NCBI GenBank assembly: GCA_946965045.2
Contig: OX337235.1
Span: 1,984,001 to 2,048,000 of the forward strand
DNA length: 64,000 nt
Source: Epithemia pelagica
Lineage: Eukaryota > Protista > Bacillariophyta
Direction: 5' to 3'
The first letter of the stretch is position 1. Each line of letters starts with the position of its first letter. The notes beneath the pieces are model-generated. The model was not told the origin of the DNA and searched no databases. It saw only the letters and a program-made list of their open reading frames with translations. The position numbers and the translations under genes were made by a program. Shown here piece by piece: positions 33,615 to 45,300 of the stretch.

Positions 33615-35401
33615 ATGACGCTGACCTCGTCATCATTCAAGGCTTCCACAACATATGGCACAGATGTATTGCTGGAATCTTCACCTACCAGCCCCAACTC
33701 GGAAGCAGGACAAAGCGAAAGTCGTCACTTGCTCCATCACCAACACTCTTCGTCCGTGCGACTGGAGGTCGACGTTCCTTATTATGCTCCACCCAAACAA
33801 CGGCAACGATGGGATGACGACCAATCTCCGTAAGCCAATCCATATCTGTGCGGTGATTTGCTCTCCTCATTTGATGCATTTCACGTTCCTGATACCTTGT
33901 TTGTATTTTCTTCCAATTCTGTTCCACTCATGTAGACCCATAGTAAACTGGGGCGATTTATTCTGGGATTTGTTCTATGTGAGCGGTGCATTTAACCTTG
34001 CTGCGTCTCTGAAAGAGTCCTTAAATGGAATCGGGCTTTTTTATTTTGTCGCATGCTATCTCTCGATACTCCAGATGTGGAATCAAAAATTAGTTTTTGA
34101 TGCCAGATTCGAGAATGATGACAATTTATATTATCGTTTTTGTGAGATTATCAATATTGTTCTGCTAGGCACCACCGTTGCCAGTAAGTGTATATTCATT
34201 GGCTCATGAAAGAATGGAATTTCCTCAAGAAAACTATTAGACGCTAACGTTCTCTCTGGGTTTTGTTGCGAACCAAGATATTCGACCTGTTCAAACAATG
34301 AGTGACACGTATCACAACTCGGACACCTTTCTTTTCTCCTTCTGCCTGATGCTTCATTGTGCCACTTGGTTTGCCCGTCACCTGGATGTTTTATGGAATG
34401 TACAAGGAGCGTTTTCGGAGTCCAGACATCAAGCGAGACATGACATCAACACCCGTCTTTTGACTTTTGTTTTCTATCTGTTAGCAGCCACATGGTCTTC
34501 TCGAGATTTGATCTCAAGTGGATCATCGGCATTTTCTTTCGGTGATAACCACCTGCAACAAAATGATCGCGGGGATGAAGAAAGATATGAAAATCACGGC
34601 CCAATGATTCTCGTTCTCCTTGGATACGTCGCATCAGAAATGAGCACCTTGTACTGGAGGTTTGTTTATATTCCGTTTCTTGGTGTCAGCCACAAAAAAG
34701 TCTTTGTCCCCGTAAATGTTGATTTCGTGCTCCATCGTCTTGGAGAATGGACCATGCTCATGCTGGGAGAATCCGTTCTTGGTTTGCTGATTGTTGAACA
34801 ATCAACAGGTCTACGGTACTACACAACGTTTTACGGTGGCATCATCACCGTTTCATTATTTCAGTACCTCTACTTCCGGTCACAGCCCTTTGATCCGGAG
34901 GATCATGCACTTCGTCGATCTTCTGAAGGAGGTTACACATATTCTTATTCGCACATTGCCTATTCCATGAGCCTAATTTTGATTGGCTGTTCCTTTAAAA
35001 TGATACTTCACTATTATCTTGAAGAAGACGAGGAAAAGGAATCAGGTCACGCTCTCTATGAGAATGTCAAGGAGGAACAGAGCATTGCCAACTTGTTTTC
35101 TTGGAGTATGGGTCTGTCGTTTGTGACACTGGACATGATGATTATATCCCACCGTGGTTGGAAACAAAATTTTGCTCGCTTTATTGATCCGAATGGGAGG
35201 CTGGCTTTCATGCCGTGTCTCATAACCGTGTTGAATTATGCACTTATTGCATGCTTATTTACACTATCGCAATGGGTGAATGACTTGGCGGATATGGTGG
35301 CATTGGGTATGTTGGTTGTATCGCTGCAAGTCTTACTACGCACGAGAGGCTTGCGTTACTTCCCAGTTTCGAAACAAGCCATGAACAATCAAGGAGTGTA
35401 A
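33615..35401 (+). CDS. LtrA (low temperature requirement A)-like multi-pass membrane protein, 3 exons (33615-33829, 33936-34183, 34278-35401)
   Basis: GT-AG introns 33830-33935 and 34184-34277 join the frames. Motifs VNWGDLFWDLFYV and HRLGEWTMLMLGESVL, plus many TM helices. Confidence 0.75.
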
Positions 35402-36159
35402 ATCTCCTGCCACAGCCAGAGCTTCCTTTGTTTGTCAATTTTGAAGGATAGTGGGTTGACCAATGGTAGGTTCGGTGCCCTGTACAGAATTGTCTTCCCT
35501 AATACTGAACAAACTTAGATCCTCTCCGCAAAAGTGAGCATGGAGTCGCAGACACGCCTTCTCGTTTTGCCTACCTAGAGTATGGGTTATTCTAGAGAGG
35601 AGAACCACGTCCGTCAGATCTTTCGCTCATTTCCGCCGTCATGTGCGATCTATAGTCTACGAAGGTTGACGTTCTCAGTTCTCAGTTGCCTACCTAGATG
35701 GGTAGCTTCAAGGAATGTTGGCATCGCCATTCGCGGTACCTCCCAGCGGGGGTGTTTTGGATGTAGTAGTTTCGTATTAACACCCCCATCTCTGTTCGCT
35801 GGATCTTGACGGTAGGCATATCTCATTTCCTCCACCACGATAACAACACGACAATCAAACTTTGTTGTTGCTGGTGACCTCCAATGGCCACCCCATCGCA
35901 ATCCGACCATCATATGTTTCATCTTGGTACCATGCTAATGGATTGTGATGAGCACAGTCCATGAGGGTCACTAGGAATCAATGACAGTAGTGCCCCTACA
36001 CTACAGCATGATACGAGACAATTCTCGTCAACAATGTATGTCAGTAGATGTTTTCAACAGCAAAACTCTGTCCTTTTACTGTTTACTTGTATGTCATGTG
36101 TTTGCAGGTTCTGTAGCAATGCAAAACGAGAGCAATGCTGTCCTCTGGGTTTCTTCAGT

Positions 36160-36445
36160 TGTTGGAACTTGGAACCTATTGTGGCCTGACTGATGGTCGC
36201 CCTTAACGGTCGGGATTAGCGCTGTGGCCTCTATTACGGTCGGGATTAGCGCCTTGGGATTCGACTACTGGGGAAACTATGTACGGGATCAGGTCAGATG
36301 AATGGGAGTCGAAATAGGTCTTACTCCCACGGGGATACAAACAAACAAAGAATTCGATTAGGATAACGAAAACAAAATATTAGTAATGAAGTCATAAGTT
36401 TGGGAAAAGCAAAACCTAATAGGCCAGTCTTGAAGTGTTCTAGCA
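36160..36445 (+). repeat. 5' LTR of Copia-2
   Basis: Matches 41412-41690 apart from a 7-bp duplication (TTGGAAC) and 3 substitutions; contains ACGGTCGGGATTAGCGC twice. Confidence 0.95.
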
Positions 36446-36479
36446 CGCTTCGAAGCGAAGGAGATCGCTCGAGACAACG

Positions 36480-39400
36480 ATGGCTACGGTAGACGACTTA
36501 TCACTGAAGCACCTACGTTTGCAGACGTTTGATGGAAAACACGAAAATTTCCAAGTATGGTTTATGAACTTCCGTTCCTACGCAGTAGCACATGGATTCA
36601 AGTCGGCCGTTAGCAAGGATGGACCGGATCCTCATTTACCTGGAAGAGACGACGAAGTTCTCTCGGGAGATACTGCAGTGGCAGCTCGGCAATCCTTAGC
36701 CAAGAAGAAGAATGCGATGGCGTTTTGTGCACTCAACCTTGCCATGTCCAGTCCCCAGATGATCCGAATGTTGACCGAAGCTCAAACGGATGAATGGCCA
36801 GATGGTTTGGTCTGGAGGGTGATTGCTGCATTGCATCGGCGATTCAAGCCGACAGACACTGTATCAAAGATTGAGATGCGAAGGTTGTTGGGTAAAGTGA
36901 CAATGACCAAGAAAGAAGATCCGACTACTCTGTTCAGCCAAATTGGGCAGATTGAAAATATGTTCAACGTGTCGATTGATGATGAGGAGAAAATTGCGAT
37001 TGCGATTGAAGCAGCTCCGCGAGAATACCAGGCCATTATTGTGTCGGAACAACGCCAGCAGGGTACAGCATTGACGTCGGACCATATTGAAGACGTTATG
37101 CGGTTGCACTGGCGTGCACTTTATGGTCAGCGCACCAAGAATTTCCTCCAGGACGACGGAGACGAAGACAATGAGATTGGTCTCGCAGCTGGAGACAAAC
37201 AAGGTTCAACGTCAGGAAAGTCAAAGTCAAGCAAGAAAAGTGGGAAAGGTGGCGGCAAGAAGACTTACAAATTCAAGGGCAAGTGCCATCATTGCGGAAA
37301 GGTCGGACACAAGGCCAAAGACTGCTGGATAAAACCCGAAAACAAAGACAAGAGGCCCGAATGGTACAAGGTCGAGGAGCATGGCAAAGTCGCAAAGGAC
37401 AGTGGTGAGACGGATGGCGAAGGCAGCGTTGAAATCATCACTTGTGCAGTTGACTTACCTCCATTGATCCCTCGGAACGTGGTATGGTTGGATACCGATG
37501 ACGAGGACGAACTCAACGAATACGAAGAACTTCCTGATTCGATACTCGATCATGAGATCGTGAGTGACACCGACGACGAAGAGACAGAGGACGAGGATGA
37601 AGACCGCAATTGGATCAGTTTGTTGGGTGAAGAAGACGACGAAAGCATCGACGACTCGTTGGTTGTTGTATCAGATGACGAAGAAGAAGAAGTGGACAGA
37701 GAGATCTGCTGTGCCGGTATGGCCAAGGAAATGGAATTCTCAGCCATCCAAAGTCTCCTTACAGATCCGAATGTTTGGATCGCAGACACAGGAGCGACGA
37801 CGCATATGACTCCGTTTCGCGTCGGAATGGTTGATGTCAAGAAACAACATGATGAGAAAGGGATCACCATGGGCAACAACAAAACAGAAAAGGTCGTGGA
37901 AGTTGGCAACTTACCTGGAGTGTTGCACGACAAGAATGGGAACGCGCTCAACCGTGTGAAGATGCAAGATGTCAGCGTGGTTCCAAGTGGTGGGTTCAAC
38001 CTGTTCAGCATCACGAAAATGCAAATGAGTGGCTGGAAACTCGAAGGAGACAAACAGTCAATCCGACTTACCAAGAATGGGCAGGAAATCATCTTCGATA
38101 TCAAGATCCAAACGCCCAAGGAAGTGATTTTTGCCGCGTATTTTGAAAGGACCGAGTTGGGAAATGCAGCGACAAGTGAGGAACAAATCAAGATGACAAT
38201 GGAACAGGCTCATGAGAAACTGGGTCACATCGGAGAGAAAGCAGTGATCGAAACAGCCAAGAAACTTGGATGGAAACTCACCAAAACAACGATGCCAAAA
38301 TGTGCAGCTTGTGCAGCTGGAAAGGCAAAACAAAAGAACTTGCCACGAAATGAGAACGGAGAAGATGACAGGGAACATGATGACGAGAAACAACTTCGTG
38401 CTTACCTAGACATGGCCTCGATCAAGAAGAAGCAAGACATGCCAATTCCGTCGAAGCCGCAGTGGAGAATCCTGGTGGTCCATCCGAAAGTCCAGCTCAA
38501 GCTTTCCGAGTTCTATGATGCCAAAGATGAGATGCCAGAGGACACATGTGAGAAAATGGCATTGATGAAACAACATGGTGTGTCCATCACTCACCTTCGA
38601 TTGGACAATGCAGGCGAGAACAAGGCCTTGCAGAAACGGTATTAAAATGAAAAGTGGCAGCTTGGAATCCATTTTGAGCAATACGAGCTGTAGCTGCATG
38701 TAGTGCGCGCATGGCGAAAACTCCATTTTTGATCTTGTCACGACTTAGTGTGACTTAAATTGTACATGCGACATATGAGGGCCAAAAACTCGAGTTAAAA
38801 TTTTGTTGCCACTTTGAGCACGGAAATAAAAGTGAGTATATCAGTCTAATTGTTAACGGACTATGCAGTGACCTTCTTGTACATCTCTTCTACCTTGCAC
38901 TTTTGTCCGTTGACAATTAGATCAAGTTTTGATGAAGTTATAGCATAAAGCATTCAGGCACCCAAATTTTGGACCTGTCGGCATCAAATTCTTATTTAAC
39001 AGGAAATATTTTCTACATAGGCGCGCGAGTCCATGTCACACCTGCACAGGCATCGCCTAAGGCACGTGTTGCCAGGAAAAACCAAGCACCTAAAGCTCGT
39101 ATTGGTTCACTGCCCGTGATACACCCCAGCAAAACTCTGTCGCTGAGGTGGGATTTGCTACCGTGATGAATCGAGCACGTGCGATGATGCACCGTGCTAA
39201 TATCCCCATCAAAATCCGCTTCAAGTTGTGGCACGAGGCTTGCATGACGGCAACGCTTTTGGACGGCTTGGTTGTTGTGGATCATGGGGGAAGATCTGCG
39301 ACTCGATACGAACACATTTGGGGGAAAGTGCCAACGTTCGCGAAACACTTGCGAGTATGGGGGGAAGCCGGAACGGTCAAGATCAAGACTAAAACTTCCC

Positions 39401-41391
39401 CGAAATTAATGGACAAAGGAGTACATGGTTTCTTCGTTGGGTATGCACGCGATCATCCGGGCGACTGTTATCGGATGTTTGATCCTAAAACGGGTCGTGT
39501 TCGGGAATCACGTGACGTGACTTGGCTAAGGTGGCTATACTACAAGAAACCCCCTAATACTAAGGAACTACAAACCAATCCAGTCGTGGATGCTGAGGTT
39601 GCATCGAATCACGGGGAGAGTCGCGGAAGTGGTCGCGAAAACGATGGCCAAGACGACCATGGCGGAAACGACGGCGATGTGGACGACAACAACCCCAACA
39701 ATGAAGATGAACCGGATGATCCGATGCCTGAGGTGAACATGAGCACAGGAAATGACAAATCCACGGCTCCAGTGAGGAATATTGTGATTCCGGAGCCCGT
39801 TGAAACAACAACGACGCGAACAGGTCGTACCGTACGAGCACCACAACGGTTGATTGCTGAAATTGGACAAGCCGTATTGTCCAAAACTGAGCAGAACCAT
39901 TACCATGCCCTTCAAGCATTGGACTCTGATGCCGACAGCTTCTTGGATGAAGAATTGGCCATGGTGGGTGCTGGCTTGGGGCAAGGGATTACGAATACAA
40001 AAGAGCTCAAAGTCATGACATTCGATGAGGCAATGGCCCAAGCCAACAAGGATGCATGGGTGAAGCCAGTTGATGGTGAACACCAACGCATGATTGATTG
40101 TGGCGTCTGGGTGCCCATTCGGAAAGAAGATTTGCCTCCCAATTGCGACATCATTGATTCGACCTGGTCTATGAAGAAAAAGGCCAGTGGAAAGTATCGT
40201 GCTCGTTTGGCAGCTCGGGGTTTCAAACAACGCGAAGGAGTGTCGTACGATCGTGATGATTTATTCGCACCGGTGGTCAACGAACTCACAGTGAAAATTG
40301 CCTTTGTTATGATGATTTTGGCTGGGTGGTACGCCAATTTAATGGACGTGAAAGGGGCTTTTCTGAAATGTGGTTTTCGCACGCAGCACAAAGTGGCAAT
40401 GGAAGTCCCAAGAGGTTTTGAGAAATTCTATCCCTACGGTTGGTTGTTGCTTCTGTTGAAGACGCTCTACGGATGCAAGCAAGCCGCTAAGATGTTTTGG
40501 GAATTTCTGTTGAAGTTGATGCAAAGTATGGGCTTTGATCAAAGCAAAGCCAACCCTTGTTTGTATTTTGCTTGGACGCAATTTGGGCTTATTTTGTTTC
40601 TGTCCTACATTGACGATATGATTCTGATGGGGAATAAAGATGGAGTTATGCATTTCCATGAAATCTTCAAGGGAAAGGGTGATGTTGATGATATTGGACC
40701 GTTGGATGAATATTTGGGGAGCAAGATTGAATTTTGTACTGAACAACGCACAGTCAAAATTACCCAACCAGTTCTTCTTCGCAGCTTTGGGGACGAATTT
40801 GGAGTGGGGGAGGGTACAAAAACACCTGCTGTAACGCACAGTACACTACAACCTGGAGATGAAAGTTCGCGTTTGGATGCTAAGGGCACATTTCGAATTC
40901 GGTCCGGGACTGGGAAACTGTTGTACTTAATGAAATGTAGCCGTTCTGACAGTGACTACGCGAAACAACACGATCGCAAGAGTGTTAGTGGAATTTCGGT
41001 GTTTCTCAACGGTGCACCTATTCAAACGAAAAGCAAGACTCAGAGCATCGTAACCCTGAGCGTTACGGAAGCCGAATTGGTGGCTGCTGTGGACTGTGTG
41101 CAGACGATGTTGTTCGCTCGGCAAATTATTCTCAGCATGGGGCTTAAGGTGAAACTACCTATGCTACTTGAAATGGACAACAAAGGGGGGAAAGATATCA
41201 TCAATTCGTGGGCAGTTGGTGGTCGGACACGTCACATTGATGTCCGAATGTTCTTCCTTCGAGAACTCAAGGAAGAAGGAATTCTCAAATGCAACTGGAT
41301 CGGCACTGACGATAATTCTTCGGACCTCTTTACCAAGAATCTTGATGGTCCTACCTTTCTTCGTCATGGGCTGGTCTATGTGGCCGATTGA
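36480..41391 (+). pseudogene. Copia-2 gag-pol, disrupted by a stop, a MITE insertion and an internal deletion
   Basis: FDGKHENFQVW, CHHCGKVGHKAKDC, WIADTGAT, HEKLGH..CAAC, RLDNAGEN, then TAA at 38643-38645, insertion 38679-39104, resumption at FTARDTPQQNSVAE, RT MDVKGAF, LKTLYG, SYIDD, and RNase H DSDYA joined directly to LLYLMKCSR. Confidence 0.92.
38679..39104. mobile_element. 426-bp MITE with 22-bp imperfect TIRs (CAATACGAGCT...), superfamily unknown
   Basis: CAATACGAGCTGTAGCTGCATG versus the reverse complement of the right end CAATACGAGCTTTAGGTGCTTG (3 mismatches); interrupts the integrase frame; AT-rich non-coding interior. Confidence 0.85.
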
Positions 41392-41411
41392 AGTCAGCCA
41401 CAAGGGGAGGG

Positions 41412-41690
41412 TGTTGGAACCTATTGTGGCCTGACTGATGGTCGCCCTTAACGGTCGGGATTAGCGCTGTGGCCTCTATAACGGTCGGGATTAGCGCCTT
41501 GGGATTCAACTACTGAGGAAACTATGTACGGGATCAGGTCAGATGAATGGGAGTCGAAATAGGTCTTACTCCCACGGGGATACAAACAAACAAAGAATTC
41601 GATTAGGATAACGAAAACAAAATATTAGTAATGAAGTCATAAGTTTGGGAAAAGCAAAACCTAATAGGCCAGTCTTGAAGTGTTCTAGCA
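41412..41690 (+). repeat. 3' LTR of Copia-2
   Basis: Direct repeat of 36160-36445. Confidence 0.95.
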
Positions 41691-42309
41691 TCAGTGCATG
41701 TCGCCACTCATGGCTTCCGTGCACCTGTGATGCAGGTAATGGCCTTATGACTAGGGTCTAAATCTCCTCAACTTTCACGATGTGACGACACAGATGCATC
41801 CTACACTATTGGTTTGAGGTCCATGACGTAGTTCACAGGCTTGAAGTGACAAAATAGGTGCACAACAACCAGTGCAACACCATGGTCCGTGTTATTATCG
41901 CGATGGCCGGAATGAGATATGCCTACCGTCAAGAAATAGGTTATTTTTGGCACTTAGAGATGGGGGTGGTTATACGAATTTACACCCTCAAAACCACCCC
42001 CGCTAGGGGGTACATTCGCGGGATCATTCAGACGAATAATCCCCAGATCTAAATCGCTATTTGAATCCCAGCATTGACCGATTTATTATCGAGAGGCCTA
42101 ACTATGCAAGTCAGATGCACGCTGGGGCTCTTCCGTGACGTTTACCCCCCAGCGGGGGTGAGTCATGAGGATAAGTGATTCGATTCTGGTGTGCAAACTC
42201 TTTCTCACCCCCACGGCGCGTCCCTTCCGCTCTCGACTTTGACACAAACCTCGCAACCACTCCGCGCATTCACCACGGCACTGGAGGTGAAGAGGCTCCT
42301 GCGACGCCC

Positions 42310-45300
42310 ATGTCGTCTTCCTCCTCGCATAAACGTCGTCGCTGGTCCCAACAAGACATAAGGAAGCTATACGGTTCGCAGGGAACGTCGGAATCCCACC
42401 CATCTCATTCTAGCGAGAGTGTAAAAGAGCCTAACAACAAGGGAATCGCCAAAGCTTCTACTGCTTCCAATACAAACGACAACCGCACCTCTGTTTCCCT
42501 TCCCTCGTCCCATTCTTCGCTCCCTTTTTCCACATCGAACGAAACCAAGAAGAAAAATCAGGAAGTAGCAAGGACAAGTCAAGATGAACCATCCACATTC
42601 TGTGGCAGCGCAACTGCAAGCGATTTGTCTACCATTCCGTCAACCGTCGATCCTTTGAAACAAGCCAGTCCGAACACCAGCCATGCTGCATCCTCGCTGA
42701 TTCAACTGTCCAGTAGCCGTCCCAACCCTGAAACGGAAGCCGTAATTGCTTCGTCCGCCTCTGTCCACACCAGAATCTCCTCTTCTGTCTTCAATCTATG
42801 GCACCGGCGTGGGTCAGTCAGTCTAATCGAATTTGGAACTCAGTCATCGCCGCCCAAGAAGTTGAACTTACTACCTGCCATCGAACGATCGGCAAGACCT
42901 GTTACAACGGCAACGGAAAACCAACAATTACCCGACAGAACGACGAACACAGAGGTCGACGAGGAGGAAATCCCAACTTTGAATCCTCAAGACGACGTTT
43001 CCATATTGAATCCAACTCCATTGGAAGTCGCTATTCCTACACATGCTCTGCCCGATCCCAACGAAGAAGAAGAAGAAGAAGCCCAGACCAACGAAGCACC
43101 TGCATTTTGCCTAACCAAAGCTCCGCCTAAAGTGAGTGTTGCTGCTGCTCAAAAGTCGTTGGTTAGCCACCAGCAACCTGTGAATCTGCGAGGCCATGTG
43201 AAAAACGTGACGGAAGGGGCCTTTCTCCTACAATTGCGTCGCATTCATCCTTTGCCATGCAAGTATCCAGGACGTTCGACCAAACTGAACGCCCCATTAG
43301 TCGTTGTCACTGCAGAAGCAGACAAGCGTAAGCAAAACAAGTTATCGTTGGTTTCCAATAACTGTTCATTGATTATGCGTCAAGCCAAAAACTACACTTC
43401 TGGTGTATCCAGATCCCCAACTGGAACATCGAAACAAAAACGATTCGACAAAGAAGGACCGAGCAAGAAACGCAAACACCAAAACACTACATCTTCAGAT
43501 CCCGACTCAAAGCCATCTGGTGGGAAGCCTTCTTTGCAACTTGTTACATCCTTTGCATTGAGGACTCTTGTACTGGAAGACCTATGGTTCGTCCAAGAGG
43601 GTCTCCCAATCGTTCTCTTCTTCCATGACGAAAGCCTTCCTCCTCGGTACTCCAAGAAATGGCAGGAGATATGGGAGGAAACTCTTCAATCGGACTACAT
43701 CCCGTCTGTCCAATACCAAGGACGAACCTTCAAGCAACTGGTTGGTTGGGTCCATGGCAACCCTGACGTGAAGCACGTCACTGGCGACAGCAAGCGATAT
43801 GAAAATATTGTCGAAGCATTGTCGGAGTTTCAACAACATGCACTCCAACTCAAGTTTCCAGTTATATCTCCCTTTTCGGAATGGAACTTGACAATGCCGC
43901 CTAAACATTGTTTGCAGGAGAAGCTGGGGTGGTTTGAATATTTCCACTTTCCTGAGTCAATCTTCCTCCAAGCGGATTATCATCCAGAACGTCGATGGCA
44001 ATCCATTTTCAAGATGTTGAAGGCTGACACAGATGATCGAGTGACATTGCTTCACCGCTTGATCCAGGAAACTCAGGGCGATCGCTTCATGCTTTCGGAA
44101 TTGAGGGGAATCTGGGAACGGTTGGCCCAGACTGCTCTTGCCAGTAAAACAAAAGAAGAGAACGAGAAAGCCTTGGCCAAAGCCATGGAGGAGGCAACTT
44201 CAACGACCTCGCAATTGAACCAACCTCTCATTGTGCCTGATGTCGTGGAAGCCTTCTGTTCTAAGGTGGACGCGACGCTTGTGGACCGACTAGAATCTTG
44301 TTTCGGAAGATTCAATAACATGTTTGATGTGATCCTCTCTGAATACGAGACCCGTTGCCTTGTAATGGAATTCGAAAGGGCATTACCACAGCAGTTCGAA
44401 GCCATCATGAGTTTTTGCGGCTACAACAAGAAGCTCCAGAGTGTACCAGCTAGTGAGCGCGATTTCGTACGGCTTCGATACACTCTTGATGCCTTTTTCC
44501 AATTTGTGGTCCGAGCACGAAACCACAATAACCATTTGTTGGTTCCTTTCGCAACCATATTTGCCCTTGCTCAATACGCATGTGGCCATCCCCTTTTTGC
44601 GACGCAGATTCCTGTCTGGTTTGGCATCTCGGTGTCCAAAAGAACAATGGAACGATGCATAGAGTCATGGATGCAATCATATGACGAACGTCTTCGCAAC
44701 TCTTTGAAGAATGTTACATTTCTAATGGGGGTGTTTGATAACCTTCAGGATGGGCGGGCACTGCAATTTCAACAAGGTCAGAGTGCAATCTACACGCGTG
44801 TTACGGCACGTTTTATAATGCAAATGTACCTCGCCAAGTTTCCTGCCTGGGCTTATTCCTTCACCGAGCGCCCCATATTGACCTACATTGCTCAAGACAT
44901 ACCGGCCCCCTACCAGCTTCCGGCTCTTGAGTTTGTGAAACCAGGTAGCCTGTCGACCCTTATCACCTCAATATTCCTTGGCCGATACCCCGTGGAGTGC
45001 GGTCCAGCGGGAAGTCCATTTGATTGCAGTGGTACGCGCGTTCGGCATTACCAACAATTATACAAGTGCTGCAGAGAATTGGGCACTGTAAAGCGATTTC
45101 TCTCCACCAAACGACGGGCTAATCGGATGGACGCAGACTACACTCTACAGCCATGGGAATTCGCATATAGTGGTGTCCGAGCGTCCATCAACAATGCAAT
45201 GAACAAATTACGGAAACCAAAGGCAACAAACCTATTTGAACTCGCAAAACAATTTCCCAGTGTTATGGTTCGAACGTGGAGGGGTGAGCCACCCGTTGCG

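Larger units (their letters stand above)
36160..41690 (+). mobile_element. Ty1/Copia LTR retrotransposon (Copia-2), degenerate
   Basis: LTRs 36160-36445 and 41412-41690 (TG...CA), 5-bp TSD TCAGT (36155-36159, 41691-41695), PPT AAGGGGAGGG at 41402-41411. Confidence 0.96.
35737..42012. mobile_element. Non-autonomous AcademH-type TIR element (about 0.74 kb without its Copia insert)
   Basis: Left TACCTCCCAGCGGGGGTG, right CACCCCCGCTAGGGGGTA; 9-bp TSD CATTCGCGG at 35728-35736 and 42013-42021; arms share CACCCCCATCTCT and TCTTGACGGTAGGCATATCTCATT. Confidence 0.88.

Noticed and set aside
869-38645. In-frame stops in TE ORFs as evidence of an alternative genetic code
   Set aside because: Host genes end normally at TAA, TAG and TGA, the stops are of different types and they co-occur with frameshifts, which fits decay.
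42175-42309. N-terminal extensions of the transposase and helicase ORFs in the track (starts 42175 and 49881), which share LDFDTN and IHHG
   Set aside because: Non-ATG starts lying within the TIRs; the peptide similarity reflects TIR DNA homology.
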